A stretch of DNA of 64,000 nt from assembly GCA_951406725.2 (NCBI GenBank), contig OX597826.1, positions 70,308,001-70,372,000 of the forward strand, read 5' to 3'. Made by a program: the position numbers and the translations under genes. This document shows, one piece after another, positions 27,172-39,835 of this stretch. Source of the DNA: Octopus vulgaris (Eukaryota). The notes under the pieces are model-generated. The model did no database searches. It saw nothing but the letters and a program-made list of their open reading frames with translations, and was not told the origin of the DNA. Each line of letters opens with the position of its first letter. The stretch's first letter is position 1.

Positions 27172-30100
27172 TACAAAATATGGGGGTTGAGTTCACAGGT
27201 GTTCTAAACGATTGACGGAATATCTATAACTCTGGAATATCCCAGAAACAGCTGTAAGGCTTTGAATTTTTTTCCAATAATAATAATGTATGTGACTTGA
27301 GATGTTTGTCTTGCCTTTACATTTGTTGTCCTCTTTAACAATATGTATATGTGTGACATTGTCACATATTGAGCACCCAATATACATTGTAAAGTAACTG
27401 GTATTAGAAAGGGCATCCAGCCATACAAACCATGGCACACTGGCTCCTGTCACAGGCGTGCTTACGCGAATACTATGAACATTTTTACCCCCTTACTTTA
27501 CTCTCTCCCCTTACTTAGCGGTCATTCGAATAGCTCTTTGGTCTTAATAATGGTCAATCACATAGTAATTTCCCTTTGTATAACGGTCATTTTCCATAGC
27601 ATTTTTCCGATGGCTGGATAACTGAAGAGATGGCGGCGTGGATTTCCACCTCGGCATCCGAAACTCGGAGTTTTATCATTGCTACCGAATAATTGTCACC
27701 TATTACATTTACAGATATATATATATATATATACATATCAATTCCTATATACAACCAATCTTACCTTATTTCACAGATTTCAGCAGTGGACAAAGATATT
27801 GGCAGAAACAAAGAGCTGTCCTTCAGAATCGTTGCCGGTAACAACCAGAGCCTCTTCACCATCAATAATGTCACAGGACACATCAGAGTCAACAAAATCT
27901 TAAAAGACTATGAAAATCAAGAATTCCGGTTGATAGTTGAAGCAGCAGATAATGGTAAGTGTTACGATAGAGTGGTGGTATTGTGATGTGGGAGATTGTT
28001 ATTGATGTAGTGTATGGTATTGGTATCCAGTGGTGGTCTGCAATAATGTGTTGTAGTGTTGTAGTATGATAATCTGGTTGTATGTGGAGGCACATGGCCT
28101 AGTGGTTAGAGCAGTGGACTCGCGGTCGAGGGATCGTGGGTTCGAATCTCAGACCGGGCGATGTGTGTGTTTATGAGCAAAACGCCTAAGCTCCACACGG
28201 CTCCGACAGAAGGTAATGGCGAACCTCTGCTGACACAACTTTCTCTCACTCTTTCCTCCTGCATCTGGCAGCTCACCTGAGACGGACCGGCATCCCATCC
28301 AGGTGGGGAACCTATATGCCAAGTAAACCGGGAAGCCGGCCCTTATGAGCCAGGTGTTGCTCGAGAAGGAACAAAGAAGGAATCTGGCTGTATGACAGTA
28401 TAGCAACTATAGTAGAATGCCAGTGTAATACTGTGGCTACGTGGTACTGTAGTGTGAAGGTGCATTACCTAGTGCTTAGGTTGTGGTTTCAATTCCCAGA
28501 TCAGGTTGCAGTGTGTTGTGTTCTTGAGGAAAACGCTTCATTCCATATTGCTTTGATCCACTAAGCTGCAAGCAAAACAACAACATCAGCTGAGGCCTAA
28601 CCCTGCAGTGGACAATGAAGTGGCATGTTGGTTATTTGGAAGTATTGTACTGTCGGTCACTTATATGCCATGGGAACCAAAATAATCTCCAGTCTAATTC
28701 GCCTGTTAGCTCATAACAGACCCCAAAACCTATAATTTGTAGTGTTGCAGTATGTAATGTGATTGTGCAGTAATGTAGCCTGATAGTGTGGTAGTGTCAG
28801 TGGTGATGTAATTTCCTGGTAAGCCAAGTGTGCACTATATGATCCATTCCTGGCTGAGTTTAGTAAACATGCATATGAACTCAAGTCCAATACTGACCCC
28901 AGCAATCAGTGCCATCTACTAACAGAACATAAACCACAACCTAAAACTCTTCCCTCAGTCCCCACTCCTAAATCTATCGTCCACTTTTTCTAAAATCAAC
29001 CTCTGACCTCCTGACTAGATTTCATATTTCAGAGCATGCCAGGTGAAATGCTTAGCAGTATTTCGTCTGCCTTTACATTCTGAGTTCAAATTCCGCCAAG
29101 GTCGACTTTGCCTTTCATCCCTTCGGGGTCGATAAATTAAGTAGCAGTTATGCACTGGGGTTGATGCAATCGATTTAATCCCTTTATCTCTTCTTGTTTG
29201 TCCCCTCTATGTTTAGCCTCTTGTGGGCAATAAAGAAATAAGAAACGTTAGCACGCTGGGCGAAATGCTTAGCAGTATTTCATCTGCCGTTACGTTCTGA
29301 GTTCAAATTCCGCCAAGGTCGACTTTGCCTTTCATCCCTTCGGGGGTCGATAAATTAAGTAGCAGTTATGCACTGGGGTTGATGCAATCGATTTAATCCC
29401 TTTATCTCTTATTGTTTGTCCCCTCTATGTTTAGTCCCTTGTGGGCTGTAAAGAAATAAGATTCTTTCCTAAAGATGGTATTTGCATGCATATGTAGAAT
29501 CCACTCCAAAGCAGTGGGCTGGCAGAATCATTAGAGGAATGGACAAAATGTCTTATGACATTTGCCCCAATTCTTCACATTCCCAGTTCAATTTCTGTCA
29601 AAATCAATTTTACTTTCCATCCTACCAAGATTTCTAAAATCAATTGGCCTATAAATACCAAGGTCAATTTAATCAATTGCTAATTTGTGACAACTTGCAA
29701 TGTGTTAGCATAGTACAAGAGAACCCAAACTCTTAACTGTTGTCATGTAATTTTATTTTAGTCATTTTTCTTATTTCTTAATTCCAGGTGAAATTCAGCA
29801 GATTTCACGCTGCAAGGTGCCTATCAAGATCATAACAAAGGCAACTCCATTATTTGAGAAACAATTCTATAACATCACGGTTCCAGAAAACATTGAACTT
29901 CACTCTCCAATTCTCAGTCTACAGGCCGTTAGTCCAAATGGGCAAAAGTTGGTCTATTCCATCACAGGTGGAGATGTCTTCCATGAATTTACAGTAGATT
30001 TCAACACAGGTAAGAGATGTATTTATATTATTATATGATGTTATCTATTCCCAGGTTTGTCTTGAATGAACAAACCTATCATCAAAGACATCCCAGCTGT

Positions 30101-31721
30101 GACCATCTCATCAGTGTTGTAGATTTATGGCTACATTATCTACATCATTTCCTTGTTAAGGTAGTAAGGTGTGATTTGAAAGATAATTAGCTGTTATTTC
30201 TAGCTGGTATTTCTGTTTTGTCTACAATGAAACTCTATCATTAACATTTTAGTTTACAGGTAGGCATGTAACAAGAATTGTTTCAAGTGTCATTTCCTTA
30301 TCTCTAAGTCTGCCTTCAGAAATGAGGGAAGCTGAAAAATGCATCATCTCAGATTTTCAAACTGTGAACACAGATGTGTGTTTCTGTGCACATGCACATG
30401 CACTCACTGAGCAAAATAAATAAAGCAACACAAGCTGGAAAATTTTTGACAAATGTATGACTTTAATGCTTAAAATGAAGGGAAATAGTTTTGACATTTC
30501 GGACACTAGTCCGTCATCAGAAAAGAAATAAAAGAATGAGAACAGGTAATTCTTTGCAACTGTGAAATCGAGGTTATTATTTTAAAATTAGTTTGAGAAT
30601 AACAACAGAGCATTTTCTGATGTGGTGAATGGAAGGGACTCGGGGATACAATCGAATTTATTATAAATTTCATATTGACTGGGAGTTTTAGTTTCACCAC
30701 TTGGCGCATTGAATCATTCCTGCAAAGACTAAATACCAACTCTGATTACTGATTAAATCTTTGACTAAATCTAACACATTCTACTCAATGTGTCATATTT
30801 TCTTAGTATCCCTACTATATCTAATATATACTTGATATATTATAGAATGGGTGATATATTTCACCATTATCTGATTTTTTAATTATAAGCTCTTCTATTG
30901 TACACCTTCTTGATTATCTGAAAAAAGAAAAGCTTACTAGCTGTAGTAGCTATTTTTAAAGTTGGTCATAGACTATGTAACAGAACTATGATATTAAGGC
31001 GGCGAGCTGGCAGAAATGTTAGCACACCAGATGAAGTGCTTTGCGGTGTTTCGTCTACCGTTACGTTCTGAGTTCAAATTCTGCCGAGGTCGACTTTACC
31101 TTTCATCCTTTAGGGGTCGATAAACTAAGTACCAGTTACGCACCTTTGTCTAACCTTGTTTGTCCCCTCTATGTTTAGTCCCTTGTGGGCAATAACGAAA
31201 TAAGAAGTATGATAGCCCTGTGTTATTATCATACTTCCTTTAATGTAATCCGCATTGAATATTTGCAACACGGTGCCAAAATCGTAAAGGCCCAAAAAAT
31301 TGAAGTTTCTTCCATATCAGCCACCTGTCTTACAACAAGTGTTTCTGGATCCAGTTATAGTATTTCAGCGTCCATTGTATGATTCCGATCCAAAATCGCC
31401 CAAAGAAAATTACTCTTGACAAAAACTTCACTATTACATCATTCTTTACCTCTGTACAAATTTCGCATTTCATATATTCCAAAAGACGATACTCTGTTTT
31501 TAACTTGAAGAGAAACAAATGAGCAGGGTGGAAGTGATGTTGAGAGGGGGGGCGTCTTGTAAGGGAAACAACAATGATAGTAGTGTTAGAGTTATTCCCC
31601 TTCAGTACACGCGCTGTGTATTTGCATTTATGTATGTGTAGCTATACGTGTCCTGTTGACATTGTATATAAAGAAACTGCATGCGGGTTTAAACATAAAT
31701 ATGTGTTAGTATATACATACA

Positions 31722-31767
<46 letters not shown>

Positions 31768-34700
31768 TATGTGTCCGTATGTGAGTATATACACATTCAC
31801 ACATATATATATATAAATATATGTGTGTGTGAGTATATATATGTATATATACAAAATTTAAAGGACTGACCACTAAAAGTGGACGGTCAACATGCTAGAT
31901 ATAGACGTCAAATCGCTATTTTCCACAAAGAATATGTTCTCAAATAAAAAAACTCAGCACAAAACCAAAGCATTAAAAATAAGCAAGACGAATGAAAATA
32001 TACGAAATAAAAATGATTACCCATGTACAGATCAGTTTCGATTATTGATATCCGCAAGGATAAACTGTAATCTCGTCAGCATGGTCTGTCATATAGAAAT
32101 ACAATTTGCAGGACTAGATGCAAAAACGTTTGACCGGAGTCTCGCATGCATGGAGTCCAACCGATTATATTTTTGTGTATCTTTCAAATGCCTTCACTTT
32201 GGCGCACTGAGATCGGAAAAAACCACCCTGCAGCTAATAAATAGCAGCAGTCAATTTACCGGTTTGAGAACATATTTATTTAATTTAAAATTCAATAAGG
32301 GTAGAAATTGATATTAATCAATTAAAACCAGTGGCCCAGCATATTAAAAAAAATCCGAAGATTAAAATATTTTTTACATACAAAATCTAAAGGACTGACC
32401 ACTAAAAGTGGACGGTCAACATGCTAGATATAGACGTCAAAACTCTTCCTGATATATTTTCACTTCTTAACCACACATATTCTACTCCCTTTCACAGACA
32501 TGGAAGTTCTAGGCCCGTGTAAGTATTGAAACCGCAACACCTTCTTCTGTCTAGCATGTCGTGTAACCTCGTAACCTCTTCTTTCCATATAGCAGTGTCT
32601 CAGTCGGTTGCCGTCTGTTTTGTTTTTTTGCTTTGTTTTGTTCTTGTTTCTTTTGTGGGTTTTTTTATAGTTGTTGTTGTCGTCGTCATCGTTGTTGTTT
32701 TGTTTATTTATATTTTTATTTTGTAACATTTAGCTTGATTTTATTTTGCTTGGGAATGAAATTATGGTAATTGCCTTTAACATTAGTATATGTGTATGTA
32801 TGTATGTATGTATGGATACATAGGATATATGCATACATGTATGTATGTATATAAATATATGTATATATATAAATATATGTATATAAATATATGTATGTAT
32901 ATAAATATCTCTACGTATGTATTATATATGTGTGTTTATATATATGCATGTATATAAATAAATGTATGTATATAAATATGTATGTGTATGTAGTGTATAT
33001 ACATGTGTGTGTGTATATATATGTGTGTGTGTATATTTACGCACATACGCTCATGTACATGCACACATGCCCAGTCAACTTTATATTATTTTATTATTTA
33101 TTTTTTTAATATATATCTATGTTACCTCTGTATGTTTGATGAATGTGGCATTACATCATATTTGTATCCAAATATTTGCTAAAACAAACCCACCCCACTT
33201 TATTCAAACCTCTATAGCCACCACCTTCTTTTGTTCAAACTTCTGTAGCTACCACCCTATTTACTTCCATCCTGTGTAGTTACTACCCTATGTTATCCAA
33301 ACCTTTGAAGCTACCACCCTATTTTGTCCGAGTCCCTGTCCCTGCACTCAACAGAAGGAAAAACCAGCATTGCCGGTAAAGAATTTCTTCAAATGCAGTC
33401 ACTGTATGCATGACTGCTGCTTCTGTGTGGGCTTCTACAGCTACAGCCATTGCTGCACCACGATCAGTAGCTGAAACAATTTCATCAGGCACATCCATCG
33501 GTCTCTTCAGAGACCGATGGATGCCTACTACCAAACTATGGATCTTTATCTTTTGACCTACAGATATAACTTTATAAACATAAACATTTTTCAAAAACGC
33601 TAAGAGTAAAAGGTGTTTTATATGACACATTCTACAAGTATACGACGTTTGAAAGTGTTTAGTTACAAAAATTATTTTTTAAATCTGTCGGTCAAAAGGT
33701 AAAAGATCCCCAAACTACTGTATTCAGATCCCTGTTGCTACCACTCTATATGACAAAATAGTAATCTTAGTCTATTTGTAGTATCTTATTACGTATTGTC
33801 TCAAGTGAAATGCTAATACACAAATCCAACTTTACATACATTTTTCACGTCCACTAAATATTTCCTGTACTCCCAGTGCATCAAGCAACTTGCCCTGTGT
33901 ACTCATAATAGTCCAGGCATGTTTCTGACAAGCATCAACCAATAAGCCTTCAATATATTTCCTATTTTAAAAGCAATAATTATATCAACATAACTGTTAT
34001 AGAAAGGCATAATTTCCTTTGTTTGTTTTATATTAGAATAATGTAAAAGAACTATATTATATTGTAGTTGTTCTCCTTTGTATTCAGTCCCAGGTCAGCT
34101 CTGATCATGCAGAGGTGTTACAATCGTAACCGATTGGTACTTTTCTTCAGATACATCGTCATCATCATTGTTTAATGCCCACTTTCCATGCTGGCATGGG
34201 TTGGACGGTTTGACTGAGGACTGGTGAGCCAGCTGGCCACACTAGGCTCTGATCTGATCTGGCAGAGTTTCTACAGCTGGATGCCTTTCCTAACGCCATA
34301 TACGATATACCTAAAATCACATAGCCTGATGTATCTACTTTTTCTCTCCTCAGACACTAGTGTAGTATCTGTTTATAGCAAGACATTCAAACTGAATACA
34401 CGTTTTGTGTATTATAACATAATAGCATGAAACTGTGAAAGAGGATCAATATAGTCACATGCAACATATTATATGAGATCCTGGCATTTGTGTTTGTTTT
34501 TTTTTGCATGGCATGTAAATATCATGTAGCTTCGTTTAATGTAGTGTGCTGTGTAATAAGATAATTTGGCTTCATGTGTTTCATTGTAATAACTGCTGAA
34601 TGTAACCAAGCTCCATCATGCCTACATGTTGATTTTGAAATATACTCTGAGTTGACTTTGTCTTTCAGTACCTCTTGGCTCAATAAAATAGATTCTAGGC

Positions 34701-35670
34701 AAGCACTTGTAGGAAGTGGAGGCGCAATGGCCCAGTGGTTTGGGCAGCAGGTTTGCGGTCGGATGATCGTGGTTTCGATTCCCAGACCGGGCATTGTGTG
34801 TGTTTATTGAGCGAAAACACCTAAAAGCTCCACGAAGCTCCGGTAGTGGGTGGTGGCGACCCCCTGTTGTACTCTTTCGCCACAACTTTCTCTCACTCTC
34901 TCTTCCTGTTTCTTGAGTAACGCTGCGATGGACTGGCGTCCCGTCCAGCAGGGTGGGGAACACATGCCCCACAGAAACCGGGAAACCGGGCCCATGAGCC
35001 TGGCTAGGCTTGAAAAATGCGATAAGAATAAGAAAAGACTTGTAGGAAAGGCATGTAGATCATTACACCCTTCCTTAATCCATTGACTCCAAAACAGAGT
35101 AGCATGCTTAATCATCAGTCCATGGAGACGTACCACTATACGTGTCATGTCAAGCATCTAAATTTACTAATTGCTATGGATGTGGTTGTTGCTGCTATTA
35201 TTGTTGCTGTTGTTGTTGTTTATAGTCTTGTCAGTTTTGGTTAAGTAGACCTATGATCAAATGCATTACGACCATGACCATCTCGCCTTATTTTCAGATA
35301 CAGCACATAAACATATGCAGATACATACATACACACATACATACACACACATACACACACACACATACACACACATACATACACACACATACATACATAC
35401 ATACATATATACATACATATACACATACATACACACACACATACATATATACATACATACATACACACATACACACACACATACATACACACATACACAC
35501 ACACACACATACATACATACATATATACATACATACACACACATACATACACATACATACATACATACATATACACATACATACACACACACATACATAT
35601 ATACATACATACACACACACATACATACACACATACACACACACATACACACACACATACATACATACAT

Positions 35671-35703
<33 letters not shown>

Positions 35704-38700
35704 TATATACATACATACATACACACATACACACACACATACATACACACATACACACACACATACACACACACATACATATATACATACATACATACAT
35801 ACATACACACATACATACATACATATATACATACATACATACATACACACACATACATACATACATACATATACACATACATACACACACACATACATAT
35901 ATACATACATACACACACACATACACACACACATACACACACACATACATACATACATACATACATACATACATACACACACATACATACATACACGCAT
36001 ACATACATACATTTACACATACATACACACATACATACACGCATACATACATTTACACATACATACACACATACATACACGCATACATACATACATTTAC
36101 ACATACATACACACATACATACACACATACATACACACAAAATGCTTATGCATACACAAATACATACTAAATTATACCTTTTGTCTCTTTTAACTCACTT
36201 CTTTGTTAATCAGTGTTTGCGGCGATCGGTGTTTCACGTCCTACATTTGATTTCAGTTTTTGTCAAGGGCTCTACACCATTTGTTTTATTTTCAACAATT
36301 TTGTGGTCATAATAAAATTGAACAAATGTAAAATAGAATTCAGAAAAGAAACAAAAAAAGGAAAAAAAGTTCGTTGGACGGAGCGGAAGGGATGCTTCTC
36401 TCCCTTGATCGATTGGGAATTACCTCCCTTAGATACATAAATATCAAAAAGTGAACAAATGTGATTAATAATTCCGCAAACCTAACAGGAGACACACATA
36501 CACAAACATACACAAGCGCACATCCACATACGCACACACGTGCATACATACACACGCGCACACATGGATACACACGTACGCACACACACACAAGGGCACA
36601 TCCACATACGCACACACGTGCATACATACACACGCGCACACATGGATACACACGTACGCGCACACACACAAGGGCACATCCACATACGCACACACATGCA
36701 TACATACACACGCGCACACACACACACACGCGCGTTGAATGTGACGAGAGCCAAAAGCACGGTTTTTCATTTTCTTTCGTTGTTGTTGTTGTTGCAGGCG
36801 TTGTGTCAGTGATTGATGTTCTGGACTACGAGAAGATCAACCAGTACAACTTGACCGTCCGAGCTGCTGATGTACTCACTGGTGTATATACGGAAGCTTT
36901 CATTTCTATCAACATAATGGTATGGGTTTTTTTTTTTTTTCCACACTACCCCCCTCTCTCTCTCTCTCTCATCCTCATCCTCTCCTTCTTCATCATCATT
37001 ATCGTCATCATTCTTATCCTCACCACCATCATTTACCATCAGTAACAGCCATCATCTCCGTCATTGTCCTGGTAAAATTTTCTCTACACAAATTGTCTTT
37101 GAGTTTTCTGCTAGCTTTGCCATCATCATCATCATCATCATCATCATCATGCGTCCGCTTTCCATGCTAGCATGGGTTGGACGATTTGACTGAGGACTGG
37201 CGAACCATATGGCTGTTCTGGCAGAGTTTCTACAGTTGGATGCCCTTCCTAACCACCATATGATCAGCTTAACAACTATGTCAATTACAAGTGAAGAGGG
37301 AGCTCTCTGGAGGTCCCTAACCAGCAATAAATAGCAACCTAATCTTCCTTGTATTCTATCCTACCATCTCAAAGAAATGAGGAAACATTGGATAATGTAG
37401 TCCTAGGCACACTATGCCTATTATTGAGCATAGATCTGTTTAGTCAAAGCTGATGTGGTATTAACCACTTAGCATTCAGATTACTGTGAAATGCTTTAAA
37501 TTAATCCTGCATTGTCTCATAGCTTTGAGATTTCAATGATATTATTGTTTCATCATCATCATCGGCATTTAATGTCCGCTTTCCATGCTAGCATGGGTTG
37601 GACGATTTGACCGAAGACAGGTGAACCAGATGGCTGCACCAGGCTCCAATCTGTTCTGGCAGAGTCTCTACAGCTGGATGCCCTTCCTAACGCCAACCAC
37701 TCTGAGAGTGTAGTGGGTGCTTTTACGTGCCACCGGCACGAGGGCCAGTCAGGCAGTAACAGCAACGGCCATGCTCAAATGGTATTTTTTATGTGCCGCC
37801 TGCACAGGAGTCAGTACAGCGGCAACGACCTCGCTTGAATGTTTTGTTCATGCGCCACTGGCACAAGTGTCAGTGAGGCGACGCTGGTAATGATCACACT
37901 CAAATGGTGCTTTTTACGTGCCACCGACACGGAAGCCAGACAGCAGCTCTGGCAATGATCTCGCTCAGATGGAGCAGTTAGCGCACCACTGGCACGAGTG
38001 CCAGTCATCGAATTTGTTGTTTCAAATTCGATTTCACTTGGCTCAACAGGTTTTCGCAAGCAGAGTTTAGTGTCCAATGAAGGAAATGTATACATAAGTG
38101 GGCTTGGCATGGGTGCCAGTCGTCGAATTTGGTTCGATTTCAATTTTCTCAAAGTTTCTCACATGATGTAGTGAGCGGATGGGGGAGAGTATATACCAAT
38201 AACATGTTTTATACCAGTTATAACTCAGGTTAGCCAGCCCTAATTTCATGACCCTTTTTTTCTATTTCATTAGGATGTCAACGACTGTAACCCAGAATTT
38301 GTCAGTGAAGTGTACAGTGTTTCTGTATCAGAAGCCATTCTGATAGGGAGTTCCGTGGTTCAAGTCAAAGCCAAGGACGATGATAGTGGCATCAACAAGA
38401 TGATATTTTATCGCCTTGCTCCAGCCGTTGGTGTAGAAGACGACACAAAATACTTCCAGATCAATCCAGGCTCTGGTATCATTCACACAGTACTCCAGCT
38501 TGACCATGAGATCAAACCTGTCTATAGAGTGTCCGCAGTGGCCACAGACAGTGGCAACCCAGCACGCAGTTCTTCGGTACTGATCAACATCCGTGTACTG
38601 GACCTCAACGACAATGCTCCTACTTTCCCACAGTATTACTACGATGTAACAATCTCTGACCAATCTTCAAGGAACCAGTTCGTGACTAAACTTCACGCCA

Positions 38701-39804
38701 ATGACCCGGACAGTTCCAACGCTAATTTGCTCCGCTATGCCATCGCAGGCGGCAATCACAGACAGACGTTTCAAATCGATGCTAAGTCGGGCATTCTACG
38801 CCTCTCTCCAAACCGGTCACCAAGGCTGGAATCCTTCTACGACCTCAGTATCTCTGTGATGGATGGCGTGTTCACGAGTTACACCCAGGTGAGAATCAAC
38901 GTGAAGAACAGCAACAACCACGCTCCATACTTCCCACAACAGTTCTACTCCTTCAAATTCCCTGAAAACTACCCGATTGAGGTTCTAATTGGGACCTTAA
39001 CTGCAGTTGACCAAGATACTGGTTATTATGGCCAGCTCAGCTATTCCATTATTAGTCAGTCGGCCCAAAAGAATTTCAGAATCGATGCTGACACAGGTAA
39101 GTACAATTATTTTATCAATAAATTGATGACATTTTATGTGTGTGTATATGCGTGTATACTTGTGTTTGTGTGCTTGCAAGTGCTGTGCATATTTTTGGAA
39201 GTTTGTGTGTTTTTGTAGCATAACTTGATAAACTATAAGAAATGTGGTATAAAGATATGATGTATATTACTGTACAGAGTAGTGCAGAGCTGTATAATCA
39301 TGTATGGCTAATATAGTATTATACGCTACAGGATATATATACATATATATATGTGTGTTGTATATATATATATACATACACATACACACACACAAACACA
39401 CACACACATACATACATAAATATACCATAAATCCTTGAGTATGGTCTGCATTTTTTTCCCAAAATTTAAATTTTATTCAATTTATTCAATGGTTTTTCAT
39501 AGCGTCCATTGCCCATTAGTAGCCAACGAGAATGTATCATAAGCTCTTTGCTCCAACATTCGAGACTACAAGTGCTATAATGACAGTCTTTTACTGTTTG
39601 TTCTAATTTATAACATATATATTTATTTACATATATATATATGAATTACAAAAACAACAAAAGATGAAGACACGTGGTTTACAAAACAAACAGATGTATT
39701 AGTATAACGCTCAGGAATAGAAAAAGTCTTTTACGTTTCGAAATTGAATTTCTTCTACAGAAAGGGACACAGAAAAGACCATATTGAGATTATTATTATT
39801 ATTA

Positions 39805-39835
<31 letters not shown>

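Noticed and set aside
30241-30270. ttttag-TTTACAG-gtaggc: 7-nt exon or recursive AG|GT splice site with adjacent GCATG
   Set aside because: Frame-shifting as an exon with a modest donor; cannot be supported without RNA data.
31230-31450. Possible mariner transposase remnant on the minus strand (FLSRVI..., DPET)
   Set aside because: Only a few residues match, across different frames.
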